NCBI RefSeq assembly: GCF_004010195.1 | Contig: NC_057749.1 | Span: forward strand, 5,745,339 to 5,809,338 | Reading direction: 5' to 3' | Length of the DNA: 64,000 bases | Source of the DNA: Chiloscyllium plagiosum | Lineage: Eukaryota | Shown: positions 13,515 through 27,039 of the stretch, in pieces | How positions within the stretch are numbered: position 1 is the stretch's first letter | Layout: the number at the start of each line of letters is the position of its first letter | Made by a program: the position numbers and the translations under genes | Notes under the pieces: generated by a model | Database searches by the model: none | What the model saw: the letters and a program-made list of their open reading frames with translations, nothing else | What the model was told of the DNA's origin: nothing

Positions 13515-14015
13515 TAGGAGAAAATGAGGACTGCAGGTGCTGGAGATCAGAGTCGAGAGCGTGGTGCTGGAAAAGCACAGCAGGTCAGGCAGCATCTGTG
13601 GAGCAAGAGAATCCATGTTTCGGGCATAAGCTCTTCATCAGGAATGAGGCTTGTGGGTCAGGGCTGAAAGATAAATGGGAGGGGGGTGAGTTTGGAGAGA
13701 GGTAGCTGGGAAAGCGATAGGTTGATGAAGGTGAGGGAGAAGGTGGTAGGTCAGAGGGGGCAGTGATGGATGGGTCCAGAGGGCAGTGCTGAGTTGGAGT
13801 CAAAATTAGAGTGGTGCTGGAAAAGCACAGCAGGTCAGGCAGCTTCCGAGGAGCAGGAAAACCGATGTTTCGAGCAAAAGCCCTTCATCAGGAAGGGTTT
13901 TTGCCCAAAACGTTGATTTTCCTGCTCCTCGGATGCTGCCTGACCGGCTGTGCTTTTCAAGCGCCACTTTAATCTTGACTCTAATCTCCAGCATCTGCAG
14001 CACCCACTTCCGCCC
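13515..14015. mobile_element. Penelope pLTR fragment (minus) followed by a palindromic pLTR (13808-13970)
   Basis: Same family as 463-554 and 27040-27170. Degenerate CTGATGA...GAAA cores on the minus strand near 13610-13645 and 13861-13894. Confidence 0.78.
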
Positions 14016-14728
14016 AGTGCCAAGTTAGAGGCTTGCGACTATCTGCATGAAACAAAATAGAAATAAGTTTTTCTTTTCCCCCTTCTTCATCATTCCCTAC
14101 TTTCGTACCCTTTAACAATTGTCCTTAACAAAGGTTAAAAATTTGTTTTTGAAAAAATCTTGAAAGGGCAATAAGTAACAGCATGAAAATAAGCGATAAA
14201 TGTAGGCAAGCTGCATTTGATAGAGACCTTTCACATCCACAGGGTCTCCCAAAATGTTTCAAATCCAATACGTTTTGACTTGTAATCACTGTCATTGTGC
14301 AGTAAAGGGTGACATAAGACTCACTGACACCAAAGTGGTGACCTTTTTTCTCACTTCTGACTGAGTTTCAAATTCAGGTCTTTAAGCTCTCATGCACCAG
14401 ATTTTAGCCAATCTTTGCTGTCCTCAGACTGAGCCAAGGCCTATGGACCAAAATCTATTTGTAATTTACTACTTAAAAAGTGTGTGTATCACTCAGAAGC
14501 CATAAGGAAAGCTTCCGGAAATAATTTTAATCACCTTACTGGATTGAGAGATGTCATACTGCTATTAGTGCATTGGAACAATATACAAAGACTTTCACTC
14601 CTTGTGAAATCTACTTGGCATCCTTCCTGGGAGTATCCACTGTCTGTACTGACTGCAAAAATTCAAACAGGATTTGATTCAAGAACGCAGATTTGAAACA
14701 ACGTAAAAAGATGGTTTAGTCTCCCTAC

Positions 14729-14809
14729 CTTTGCGAGTTGCTTGATAGATATCCTACCCTCAGGAAGGGTACCTTCTGCTGATGTTTGACCCTCCTCTGT
14801 GCCATGCCC
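14729..14809 (-). CDS. REC114: REC114 coding exon 5 (GHGTEEGQTSAEGTLPEGRISIKQLAK)
   Basis: gacag acceptor, AAG|GTAGGG donor, 81 bp, phase 0. PEGRISIKQLAK aligns with human PDGRTSLTQLAQ. Confidence 0.82.
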
Positions 14810-15409
14810 CTGTCATTACAAAGCAGGATCTTGAAATACTAAAACTAACGACTGAGGCACCTCAGACATGAGTATCATATGGTACACATTGGGAGTCAAA
14901 CCTTTGTACCAATGCATAGATGGCATCTGCACCGAAGAAAGCTAATCTTGACAGTTCCAGTGTGATATACATTTCTACAGTATACATCGGAATGTATACA
15001 TCAGAATGTATACAGTATACATCGGAATGCAAACATATTCGAGCTAACACAAATGCCCAAATTGTCACATCTTTGAATAATTCATATCTCTAGGGAATTC
15101 CTTGACTATAACTGATGGCAGAATTGCTAGCGATAATTACCCAATCATGGGAAGGCTCTGGGAACCTTTCCATCTCTGCTGATACACATCCGATTCAATG
15201 GGAAATGATTTTCTTTTTTGATTTCCCGGAGGTTTAAAGCAGCTGCGATGAATGAGTTAAATAATACATTTGCATTTTGGGGGAATTTCAGCATCTAGTT
15301 ATTTAACATATTATAATTCATGGTCGTATTCTGGATCAAGCAAGGATTATTCACTCCTTCCACTAGATACTCCTCCAGAACAGATACAAAAGTTAAAGAC
15401 CAGTTAGAA

Positions 15410-15700
15410 TAGAAGAATCATAGAATGCCTACATTGTGGAAGCAGACCATTCAGTCCACACTGATGCTGTGAAGCACATCCTACCCACATGCACCCCCCT
15501 ACCCTATTCTTGCAACACTGCATTCCCGTGGCCAATCCACCTAACCTTCACATCTTTGGACTGTGAGAGGAAACCAGAGCACAAAGAGGGAACCCATACC
15601 AACACAGGAAAAATGTGCAAACTCCACAAAGACAGTTACCTGAGGGTAGAATTGAAGCCAGGTCCCTGGCACTGTGAGGAAGCCGGGCTAACCAGTTCAA
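15410..15700 (-). mobile_element. HE1 SINE
   Basis: V-domain on the minus strand. Confidence 0.82.
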
Positions 15701-15779
15701 AGAAGTAACATGTTGCAACACAGAAAAATGAGACCAGGCTGGTTTACCAACTTGCTTACATCTGTCCTCCCCTCCCACC

Positions 15780-15990
15780 TCCGGGTGTCCCAGAGGTGTT
15801 CTCTGAAACGTTCCACAAGTAGGCAGCCTGTCTCCCCAATGTAGAGGAGGCTACATCGGGTGCAGCGGATGCGGTAAATGATGTGTGTGGAGGTGCAGGT
15901 GAACTTGTGGCGGATATGGAAGGATCCCTTGGGGCCTTGGAGGGAAGTGAGGGGGGAGGTGTGGGCGCAAGTTTTTCATTTCTTGCGGAG
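15780..15990 (-). mobile_element. Penelope-like GIY-YIG fragment (Cys-linker, Neptune-like)
   Basis: Frame KTCAHTSPLTSLQGPKGSFHIRHKFTCTSTHIIYRIRCTRCSLLYIGETGCLLVERFREHL. Confidence 0.8.
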
Positions 15991-16367
15991 ATAGGCCATG
16001 ATTGAAACCAATAAGGAAAACCATCTATTAAAAGCATAGGGATTGCCGTTCTAAAGAGTGACCACCAACAACAATCGATTCTACTTTGAGTCAAGTTTTT
16101 CCTCAGTGAGAAGGACAACTGGAATGCCAGCAGTTGATTAAACTGTAGAAAAACAATAGGGCAAAACAGAAAATAAAAGTGTGAATGTTGAATAAGTTGT
16201 GCGGAGGAAGTTGGTGAAAAGAAAAAAAAAATTCACGACACTGAATTGCGTTTTCTTCAGGACCCATGTCAAATTCCTTTCATAAATGCATTTTGACTGG
16301 AAATTTCATATGCTGGACCTTGGGTAGTGTTGTAGAACAGAGGGACCTGGGGTGCAAGCACATAGGA

Positions 16368-17250
16368 CATAAAACATAGAACAATACAGCACAGAACAAA
16401 CCCTTCGGCCCACGATGTTGTGCCGAACATTTGTCCTAGCTTAAGCACCCATCCATGTACCTATCCAATTGCCGCTTAAAGATCACTAAAGATTCTGACT
16501 CTACCACTCCCACAGGCAGCGCATTCCATGCCCCCACCACTCTCTGGGTAAAGAACCCACCCCTGACATCTCCCCTATACCTTCCACCCTTCACCTTAAA
16601 TTTATGTCCCCTTGTAACACTCTGTTGCACCCGAAGAAAAAGTTTCTGACTGTCGACTCAATCTATTCCTCTGATCATCTCATAAACCTCTATCAAGTCA
16701 CCCCTCATCCTTCGCCGTTCCAACGAGAAAAAGTCTAGCACTCTCAACCTATCCTCGTACGACCTATGCTCCATTCCAGGCAACATCCTGGTAAATCTTC
16801 TCTGCACCCTCTCCAAAGCTTCCACATCTCTCCTAAAGTGAGGCGACCAGAACTGCACACAGTACTCCAACTGTGGCCTAACCAAAGTCCTGTACAGCTG
16901 CAACATCACTTCACGACTCTTGAATTCAATCCATCTGTCCACCTATCTTCGTATCATCTGCAAATTTACTGACCCACCCTTTGACTCCCTCATCCAAGTC
17001 ATTAATAAAAATTACGAACAGCAGAGGACCCAGAACTGATCCCTGCGATACTCCACTTGTAACTGGGCTCCAGGGTGAATATTTACCATCTACCACCACT
17101 CTCTGCCTTCGGCCGGTTAGCCAGTTTTCTATCCAATTGGCCAAATTTCCCTCTATCCCCTGCCTCCTGACTTTCCGCATAAGCCTACCATGGGGAACCT
17201 TATCAAATGCCTTTCTAAAATCCATGTATACTACATCCACTGCTCTACCC
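16368..17250 (-). mobile_element. CR1 LINE fragment with an internal deletion
   Basis: [36 protein letters not shown] joined directly to [10 protein letters not shown]. Confidence 0.93.
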
Positions 17251-17289
17251 TCTGAACTACCCACATAGTTCTTTGAAGTTTACGTCGTT

Positions 17290-17845
17290 GGCCGCTTGCT
17301 TTCACTGCGCAGTCCTTTGAGTATAAGAGTTGGGAAGTCATACTGAAGAGTGTACAGGTGAGGCTGCTTCTGGAATACTGTGTCCAGTTCTGGTCACCCA
17401 GTTATAGGAAGGATATTATCAAACTGGAGAAGGCTCAGAAGAGATTTACTAGGATTGTTGCGGTGTCTGGAAGGTTTGAGTTATAAAAAAAGGCTGGACA
17501 GGCTTGGACTTTTTTCACTGGAGCTTAGGAGATTGAGAGGTGACCTGATAGAAATTTATAAAATAACGAGGGTATCGATAGAGTTAATGGTAGTTTCTTT
17601 TCCCTTTGATGGGGATTTTCAAGTCAAGGGGTCACATTTTTAAGGTGAGAGAGCGAGTGGAATGAACTTCATGAGAAAGTGGTGGATGTGGATACAATTA
17701 TAACTTTTAAAAGACATTTGGACAAGTACATGAATAGGAAAGGATGTGGAGGGACACAGGCCAGGAGCAGGCTGGTGGAACTAGTTTAGTTTGGGATTAT
17801 GTTTAGCATGAAATGGTTGAACCGAAGGGTCTGTCTGAATCTATG
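17290..17845 (+). mobile_element. CR1 LINE 3' fragment
   Basis: RLGLFSLELRRLRGDLIEIYKI and CR1 3' UTR. Confidence 0.88.
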
Positions 17846-18208
17846 TAGGATTTATCCAACATCGACAGCTTCTTAAGCAAGTCAAACTCAAGCTCACTGT
17901 AATAAAAACAATATGCTGGAAATCTGGAACAAACACAATGCTGGGGAAACTCAGAAGTCCTGGAAACATTTGTGAAGAGAAGGAGAATTAACTATTAAAA
18001 TCTGATATGACTTCTACAGAACTAGTGTAAATAACGTCCACTTTCAGTACTGACCCAAATACCCGGTGTCGAATGCTTGTTCCAAATATTCCACAGTAGC
18101 TGGGCTTTAAGTATGGTAATGGTATGGAAAACCTGGCAGGTTCCAGCAGTGATGAGTACTTTTGCTGCTGGCAAGTACAGGTTAGACCTAGAGCTGCATT
18201 AATAACGA

Positions 18209-18851
18209 GGGGTGGCACAGTGGTTAGCACTGCTGCCTCACAGCACCAGAGACTCGGGTTCGATTCCAGTCTTAGCTGACGGTCTGTGTGGCATTTGCAC
18301 ATTCTCCCCTTGTCTGTGCAGGTTTCCTCCCACAATCCAAAGATGTGCAGGTTTGGTGCAATTGGTGAATTGGCCAAGCTAAATTGTCAATAGTGTTCAG
18401 GGATGTATGCTTAGATGTATTAGTCTGGCGTAAATGTAGTGGAATGGGGAATAGGTTTGGGTGGGATAGTCTTCAGCGGGTCCATGTTGACTTGTTAGAC
18501 TGCAGGGCCTGTTTCACACACTGTAGGGGTTCTATTCTATGGGCGGCACAGTGGTTAGCACTGCTGCCTCACAGCGCCAGAGACCTGGGTTCAATTCCTG
18601 CCTCAGGCAACTGTCTGTGTGGAGTTTGCACATTCTCCCCGTGTTTGCATGGGTTTCCTCCGGGCGCTCCGGTTTCTTCCCACAGTACAAAGAAGTGCAG
18701 GTTAGGTGAATGCTAAACTGCTCGTAGTGTTAGGTGAGGAATAAATGCAGGGGAACAGGTCTGGGTGGGTTGCTCTTCGGAGGGTCAATGTGGACTTGTT
18801 GGGCTGAAGGGCCTGTTTCCACACTGTAAGTAATCTAACCTAATCTAATCT
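18209..18851 (+). mobile_element. Two head-to-tail HE1 SINEs (18209-18540, 18541-18851)
   Basis: Two consecutive ggcacagtggttagcactgctgcctcacag heads. Confidence 0.9.
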
Positions 18852-19111
18852 AAACAGCAGAGAATTGTGTGAGATCGCTCAATAGAGCTGAAGGATGGAA
18901 AGCCTCCATGAAACTCCTCAAGACTGATACTTCGCTGCCTTTTGGTAACATTCAACCCAAAAGAAGCGCTGAGGTTAGCCAAAGTCAGGACGGCCATGAC
19001 TTGAGTTGGAAATGTGCAGAGATGTTCCAAAACCATTGCTGCCCATTTTCTACTCAGCGACAGAGGTTGCAGGGAAAGGCAAGCAGTCAACCCAACGTTA
19101 AGCAAGTTTTA

Positions 19112-20440
19112 GAGTCATAGAGTCATACAGCACAGAAACAGGCCCTTCGGACCAACCAGTCCATGCCGACTATAATCTTAAACTAAACTAATCCCACCTG
19201 CTTGGGCTCAACCCATATCCCTCCAAACACTTCTTATTCATGAACTTATCCAAATATCTTTTAAACATTGTAACTGCATCCACATCCACTACTTCTTTTG
19301 GAAATTTATTCCACACCCAAACCACTCTGTAAAAAAAAAATTGCCCCTTTAAAATCTTTCTCCTCTCACCTTAAAAATATGCCCCCTAGTCTTGAAATCC
19401 TGCACCACAAGGAAAAAACACCTGTCAATCACCTTATCTGTACCCCTCATTATTTTATAAACTTCTATAAAGGTCACCCCACAACCTTCTCTGCTTCAGT
19501 GAAAGGGTTACACCTGAAATGTCGACTTCTTCAACTCCTGATGCTGCCTGGCTTTCTGTATTCTTCCAGCCTCCTGCCTGTCTATTTTGGATTCCAACAT
19601 CTGCAGTTTTTTTGTCTCTAACCAAATTTGTTCCTCAGTGAAAGAAGTCCCAGCCTATCCAGCCTCTCCTTATAACTCAAACCCTTCATTCCCTAAAATA
19701 TTCTAGTAAATCTGCTTTGAACCCTCTCCAGCTTAATAATATCCTTCGTATAACAGGGAGACCAGAACTGCACACAGTAGTCCAGAAGAGGCCTCACCAA
19801 CATCTTGTACAACCCCAACTCCAATGCTGAAAAGGTCTGACCAATAAAGGCAAGCATGATAAATGCCTTCTTAACCACCCTATCTACATGTGATTCAAAG
19901 TTCAAAGAATTATGTTCCTGAACCTCTAGATCTCTCCGTTCCACAACACTACACAAGGCCCTATCATTAACTGTACAAGTTCTGCCCTTGTTTATTGTAC
20001 CAAAATACAATAGCTTGCATTTATCCAAATTAAACTCCATCTGCCATTCTTCAGCCCATTGACCCAATAATCAAGATCTCTTTGTAATCTTAGATAACCT
20101 TCTTCACTGTCCACTGTACTACCAATTTTGGTGTCATCCGCAAATTTAACCATGCCTTCTATATTCTCAGCTAAATCATTTATATAAATAACAAAAGTGG
20201 ACACAGCACCAATCCTTGTGGAACACCGTTTTTCACAGGCCTCCACTATGAAAAACTACCTCCAGCACCCTCTGTCTCCTGCCATTAAGCCAGTTTTATA
20301 TCCAATTGGCAAGTTCACCCTGAATTTCATGTGGTCTAACTTTACTAATTAGTTTACCATGCAGAACCTTGATAAAGGCTTTACTAAAGTCCAAGTAAAC
20401 AATGTCTATCACTCTGTCCTCATCAATCTTCCTGGTCATT
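19112..20440 (-). mobile_element. CR1 LINE fragment interrupted by a pLTR-like insert (19504-19634)
   Basis: [40 protein letters not shown] duplicated at 19496 and 19635. Confidence 0.9.
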
Positions 20441-21537
20441 TTCTTACTTGCTTATCGTACACACACAGCACTGGTAGGGGAAGGAGATGAATACTATGGT
20501 GAGTTGGCACCAATTACGTTAACCGCTCCATCCTGAATGGAGTTGAGCTACTTGAATGTTCAGCGCTGTTGCACCTGCACATTAGTGGTGTGCATTCCAC
20601 TTTGCTTCAGACCCGAGCACTGTAAATAGTGAAGAGAGGTGAGGAGCTGAAATTTCCTTGCTTCAAGAGCACCATTATGTCATGCCAATGTTATCTGTCA
20701 CTTGTCAATTGAAATCTCAAAGTCTTGATGGCACCAAGTCATGTCGCTGGGGATTGACATGGACTACTTCATTATCAGAGGAACTTTGAATGAAACGGAG
20801 CCACTGTAGAAAGATTGTTAAACAGCTGTATTTCTAGTTTTATGATTGGCAGATCAACAAAAAAGCTGAAGACTCCCAAGGAACTCTTGTGGTGAAATAC
20901 CAATGCTGCAATAATTGGCCTCCAACAATCACGCCATCTTTTGTTGCTTCAGGCATTACTCCAGTGACTGAAGAGTTTGCCATCTGACCCTTACTGACTT
21001 CATCATTGCTATTCGTGGTAATCAATTCAGACATGACGAATAGTTTTGTTCAAAGCTAATGAAGGGAAAAGTAATCTGAATAACCTCAACAGATTCTACG
21101 ACACCACTAGCAAGCCCTTTAAAGATGAGGAAATGGATGGGGATTGATCAATATCGATGCGGAGAATTGCCAGCAATTCAGCACTCTGAACTCCTGAGGT
21201 ATAAGCTTAAAAAACAAGTGAGGAAACATAACAGCTGGGATTGCTCACCAACACTAACACGAATAGCAATGCTTTTGACACAGTACAGCTTTTAGTAGTG
21301 ACTCTGTAACACCCATACAGATAATCGCCTGTCAGTGCTTTAAGAGATTTCACAGGTACAGGGCATTCATGTTATTGCCAGCGACCATTGTGAATACTTT
21401 GATCCCACGTTAATATTACAATCCTATACATACTCTTAACAGGAGCTTTAGGTAGATTCAGTTCAACATTTAACATTAAATCACATCAAAATAAACTGGT
21501 TGCAAAGAAAGGATTATTTCACCTCTTGATGGCCTAC

Positions 21538-21729
21538 CTCTGGCTCCAAACTTCCAGAGTAGCCAATGTTCGTTGCCTGGCTCAACTGTAGAGCTTGGTT
21601 CAGATTTTGTCCATTGGGATTCTGCACATTGATATACTGAAGGAGCTTCTGCACACAGTTAGTACAATGTTCTAGTGCTTGCTCATGGGAATTTCCACTG
21701 AACTGCACTCGAAACATACGACTTTCATT
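21538..21729 (-). CDS. REC114: REC114 coding exon 4 (NESRMFRVQFSGNSHEQALEHCTNCVQKLLQYINVQ...SLEPE)
   Basis: ttttacag acceptor. Matches human SRLFRVQFSGESKEQALEHCCSCVQKLAQYITVQ. Donor GAG|GTAGGC at 21537; an alternative in-frame GAG|GTGAAA lies at 21522. Confidence 0.92.
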
Positions 21730-23156
21730 CTGTAAAAGAAGAGGTTTGAATAATTATGACACGGGGAGCTTTAACTATTTGCATGTACTGAGATCAAATT
21801 TATTCATTTACTCTAAAACTTGAAGGTCTTGTCGAACAGAGGGTAGTATCCCAGCCTCAGAGTTGAAAGCTCATGTTTCAAGTCCCACTCCAGGACTTGA
21901 TGGCCAAGGAAGGTGCTTTCATTATGTAGCTGAACAAGTTGAGAATCAACTGTCCAACACACACGAATGGCAGGCAGTAGGAGCTGGTCAGCTTTGTGAT
22001 GGAAAGAAGCCGAGAATCTCTTTTATTGTTATCCATAGCTAGTCTCCAACATGAATGTACACGTGTTTGCTGCCCCAGCAACTCATTCACTCTAAGTTAG
22101 TCAACAGCATAAATTGAAAGGACTGAGTTTTAAAGAAAAAATCTTTACAAATTTTAGATATCACACCTTGAACTCTCAATAATTTCAAATCACATCAAGT
22201 CGACATTTTTTCAAAGTAGAAAAAAATGAGAAGCAGATATCATTTATTTTCTGCAGTACAAAGGTACTTTAGGCAAATTTCTTTGCCACCAGTGATAAGC
22301 GCTCAGCCATTATTAACTGTGTTCAAAAAACAAGTTTAGAAGTAGTTTACTGATGCAGTGGTTTGTTGGATCAGGGAATGCTTTGCCAGGGGATATGGCT
22401 GAAGTAGAGATTATTGCATCTTTTAAACAAAATGCTTGAATCTCAGGATCGTTAAAAAATGGGATTGGTTTTGGTTTTCTCAGAGTTGCAACAACTAAAT
22501 CAGTGTGAAAGTCGAGTTTGACGGGAACACAACATGTACATCCTGTGGGATACACTGCCTGATTTTCAATTGAGTGGAAAATGAGTTATAACAAGGAGAT
22601 ATAACAGGCAGCTAATCCATTATCGAATTTTGCAAACTACTGTGACATCAAGGTATATGGGGACAGTGTAGGAAAGTGGTATGAACGTAGGTGATCAGCC
22701 ATGATCCAATTAAACGGCAAAGCAGACTCAATAGGCTGAATAGCCTACTCCTCCTCCTACTTTCCTATGTTCCAGAGTTGAATCTCTATCCCAATAGAAC
22801 AAATTATCATGTCCCATGCCTTAAATCTCCTATGACTACAGCTAAACATATATGATATTTATGTGATACACTATTTTAATCAAATATTTATTAGCTGATG
22901 AAGCTTAAAATAAAACTTTCCACAAAACTGAATTCAAAACACATTACAGTCAAGGAAAACTGAGTCACTATTTACGGATGTTGCTTTTTGCTCTACGGAA
23001 CTATTGTTAAAAAAAAAGAATCCTTAAAAGGACATTAAATTAATAAAACATTAAGTTCTAACACGATCTGCTACTTAAAAAAGCAAAAAAAACCACTAAT
23101 TGCAGGAGATCTAAAACAAAAAAAACACACACAACTTTAGAACTGAGAAAATAGAG

Positions 23157-23298
23157 TTAAAAATCACACAACACCAGGTTATAGTCCAACAGGTTTAATT
23201 GGAAGCACACTTGCTTTTAAACCTGTTGGACTATAACCTGGTGTTGTGTGATTTTAAACATTGTACACCCCAGTCCAACACCGGCATCTCCAAATCAT
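23157..23298. mobile_element. Short palindromic Penelope pLTR (same family as 13038-13300, centre deleted)
   Basis: aaaatcacacaacaccaggttatagtccaacaggttt and its inverse. TSD TGAGAAAATAGAG at 23144 and 23298. Confidence 0.78.
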
Positions 23299-23509
23299 GA
23301 GAAAATAGAGGACTGTAATAGAATCAGAGAAAAGACGAGGTGACAGAAAAGACAAAAAAATCCGCATGTAAAACCCGGTGAGAAAGACTTGTACTAGACA
23401 ATGGAGTTTCAAAAGGCATGACAATGCAAAGAATGTGAAAAAAGCTACATTTGTGACAGGCAACTCAGGAAACGATGAGATGGATTAGAAATTAATAATT
23501 AAAACAAGA

Positions 23510-24020
23510 GAAATGGATGTGGCTACTGCTCCAGGGAAGTGTCCGGGGCTCGATCACTCTGTTCGCTTTCTTTTTCTTTTCTCGTCTCTTTCTCTTCTTG
23601 GTTTTTGCTTCCACTGACCTTCTGAGGTGAGCTTGGTCATGGCGACATCGACAAGGAAGGCGTTGTGAAGGCGATTTTGTCAGAATCTGGAGTGTGGCGA
23701 CAGCTGGTGAGCCCAGAACGGGGCCCTGGCGGCAACATCGAGGCGATGGTTGGGCAAGCACGGGACCTGGCACTGGCTGCTACATCAATGGAGGTGGTGG
23801 CGACAAGGTAGGCCCAGCAGTCAAAGATGGCACTCAAGGAGTAGCATCTTAGATGTTGGTTGGTTGGTGGTGGCACAAGGGTTATGGACTCGCTTTAAAC
23901 TTTTTAAAACATTATTCCCAAACTATTCAAAATGGTGTCGGAATCATGGCGACAGTGAAAGCTTTTCACTGTATTTTACAGTTGTTTTTGCACTGTAAAA
24001 TACACCTGACAATAAAATGA
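23510..24020 (+). mobile_element. Unclassified GC-rich non-coding repeat with a stem-loop/GACAATAAA 3' tail
   Basis: Composition differs from the flanks; terminal hairpins; a similar tail occurs at 41580-41720. Confidence 0.45.
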
Positions 24021-24061
24021 TTAATTTATGTTCCTGTAAAAATTGATTTACAACTTCCTAC

Positions 24062-24145
24062 CTTAACTTTCGACCCAAAGAGCAGACAATCTGCTCTGCG
24101 GACTGCTTTCCACCATTTGTGAGCTTCAATCAAGGAAAATCCTTC
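24062..24145 (-). CDS. REC114: REC114 coding exon 3 (EGFSLIEAHKWWKAVRRADCLLFGSKVK)
   Basis: tttttcag acceptor, AAG|GTAGGA donor, 84 bp. Matches human EGFSLIGSKDWLKIVRRVDCLLFGTTIK. Confidence 0.95.
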
Positions 24146-26418
24146 CTGAAAAATCAAGGGCATTAGGTCAATCACCGGTGAACCTCCTGAAACAGAATAA
24201 AACAGAAGAATACTTCTTCAACTCTGGTTCCAAGAAAGCCTGTATAGTGCCTGGGAAAACCCCTCTAGTATTCATGGTTAAAATGTTTTCAATGTTTAAC
24301 TTCAAAACATTCCAGAGTTCAGTTCGGAACATTCCTTTGTTGAGAAACACTGCTGTATCAGGGGAGTTCAGAGCAAACCAGTTGCTACATAAGTTATTTC
24401 TCATTTGTGGAGCTTCTAAGCCAGGAAAGTTTGGATAGGAATCTTCACAGAAAGTTCAGTTCTAACTATCAGAACTGAGCAAACTTCCATGTTAGCGCGG
24501 GCTATGAAAGTAACTGTAAAATTAGCTCACAGCTCATGATAAAGAAATTAGGGAAAGTCAATTAAAAGGATAGATGTGAAATTTCTCTGGGACAGAGTCT
24601 CTGTAAAGGATGATGTTGGGAAACAAGTTAATATTTATTTAATACCTACATTGTTTGATTATTTTGTTTGTGTAATAAGCTTAGTTCTGCTATTAATAAC
24701 ATCTGTAGACACAGTTAATATGTTTCAGCGATTAACCAACTGCAAAAGTTAAAAAAACTGCAGATCCTAGAAATCAGAAACAAAAACAAATGGTTGGGGA
24801 AAGTTCAGCAGGTCTGGCAAAATAAAGTCAGAGATGTACAGCACGGAAACACACCCTTCACTCCAACTCATCCATGCCGACCAGATTATCCTAAATTAAT
24901 CTAGTTCCATTTGTCAGCATTTGACCTCAATCCCTTTAAACCCTTCCTATTCACGTACCCATCCAGATGTCTTTAAATGGTGTAATTGTACCATCTGGCG
25001 GGAGAAATCAGAGTTAACATTTCAGGTCCAGAGCTGCAAGTTCTGAGGACTTTGATTAACTTTGTTAACTTTGATTTGTCCCCACAGATGCTGACAGACC
25101 TGCTGAGCCTTTCCACCAATTTTTTGTACCAAAAGTTAATTGCAAAAAGCTAAAAGTACACTTTTTGAAATCAGGTTTCATTCTGGGATCCAACTTGCCC
25201 AGTATCATCATCAGTTGCACATGCCTTCATATAAATCACTGGTTAGCCCTCAGTTGAACAGTTATATCCAATTTAGGACATCAATCTGGGAATCACATTA
25301 AGGTTTTAGAAGCGACCTAGAGAACTCTACAGAAATTGTGCAGTGCCGAAAAGTTCAAATGCTGGAATATTCCTATAGGTTCAACTGTAGATTGCTGCAA
25401 TTAGAAGTTTGAGATTGTCCTGTAAATTGCCAATCTCTATGTATATTGTATGTATACATAATATATAGATACGTTCCATATGGGATTTCACTATTTGCAT
25501 TCATCGTTGCAAAGTTAAAACTTACTTCACCTATCCTTTGGGTGGGAATATGCATCTAAAGTATAGTTTAGAATGAAACAGCATTAACTATTTGAAACTT
25601 GGGTTCAGCGTTAAATTTATTTCTACTTTCATTGTTACTTTAATGCTGTAAACAAGAGACATGACAAAGAATGCAATAATAGTTTTTGAATGTTTTTGTT
25701 CAATTTATTTAGTCTTTCAAAAAGCTACTCTAGAAATGGAGCAGTATCTGGAAGATGTCTTCAGGTGATATGCGAGTCATCTGAAAGGCTATAGGTATGA
25801 AAGAAGTCCAAGTTTCTCAGCGAGTTGCACAATCCTACAATTCAGTCATGTAGCTGTACATTAGGGTGTTGCCTGACTACACAATGCTTTTGGCATTTTA
25901 AAATGCATTGATAACGCAAGTTACCTTCTCAACTGTGTCCTTGAGAAATGCAAAGTGTTGAGGGGTCAGTATCAGTTTGTGGAACTATGTGCCCACCAGA
26001 GGTGCTCCAGGTTGTGTGGGGTTGAGTTTTGGAAATTCCAACCACAGGCTTTGCAGCATAGTTCAATAGTTGAATCACAGGACAACAATGCTCCAAACTC
26101 AGTACCCTTATTCCCACCCCCACCCCCACCCCCTTCTAAATCCCCAATGCTGTTATTGCTAGGCTATTAAACTGAAAGCCCCAGGTAATGTTCTGGTGAC
26201 TACAAACCTACCGACTCCCACAGCTACCTGGACTACACCTCCTCCCATCCTGCCCCCTGTAAAAACGCCATCCCATTCTCCCAACTCCTTCGTCTCCGCC
26301 GCATCTGCTCCCAGGAGGACCAGTCCAAAATACGTACAACACAGATGGCCCCCTTCTTCAAGGACCGCAATTTCCCCCCCGACGCGGTCGACGGTGCCCT
26401 CCACCGCACCTCCTCCAC

Positions 26419-26789
26419 NNNNNNNNNNNNNNNNNNNNNNNNNNNNNNNNNNNNNNNNNNNNNNNNNNNNNNNNNNNNNNNNNNNNNNNNNNNNNNNNNN
26501 NNNNNNNNNNNNNNNNNNNNNNNNNNNNNNNNNNNNNNNNNNNNNNNNNNNNNNNNNNNNNNNNNNNNNNNNNNNNNNNNNNNNNNNNNNNNNNNNNNNN
26601 NNNNNNNNNNNNNNNNNNNNNNNNNNNNNNNNNNNNNNNNNNNNNNNNNNNNNNNNNNNNNNNNNNNNNNNNNNNNNNNNNNNNNNNNNNNNNNNNNNNN
26701 NNNNNNNNNNNNNNNNNNNNNNNNNNNNNNNNNNNNNNNNNNNNNNNNNNNNNNNNNNNNNNNNNNNNNNNNNNNNNNNNNNNNNNNNN
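26419..26789. other. Assembly gap (others at 7656-7982 and 63750-63796)
   Basis: Runs of N. Confidence 1.
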
Positions 26790-27039
26790 CTTTTCCAGCA
26801 ATAAAGTTTCAACTTTGATCTCCAGCATCTGCAGATCTCACTTTCTCCTCGAAGATTTCAACCTACTGCGAATCCTCTTACAAGGATGCCTTCCTTGAAG
26901 AAGCTCTCTGCCTCTCTCTACAAAGATTTCAGTGAGTCCCTCTCTCACTGCACACCCCAGGTCATCTCCTCTGCCAACTCCCCTCCTCCAAGTCCCTCCT
27001 CCCTACCTTTTATCTTCTCCTGCTGAACACTCTCTGCTC

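Noticed and set aside
14976..15030. Short (GTATACATCGGAAT)-like tandem repeat
   Set aside because: About three degenerate copies; ordinary slippage.
25921..25960. LCISQGHS as a candidate REC114 exon 2
   Set aside because: In-frame stop; the true exon 2 is at 49904-49996.
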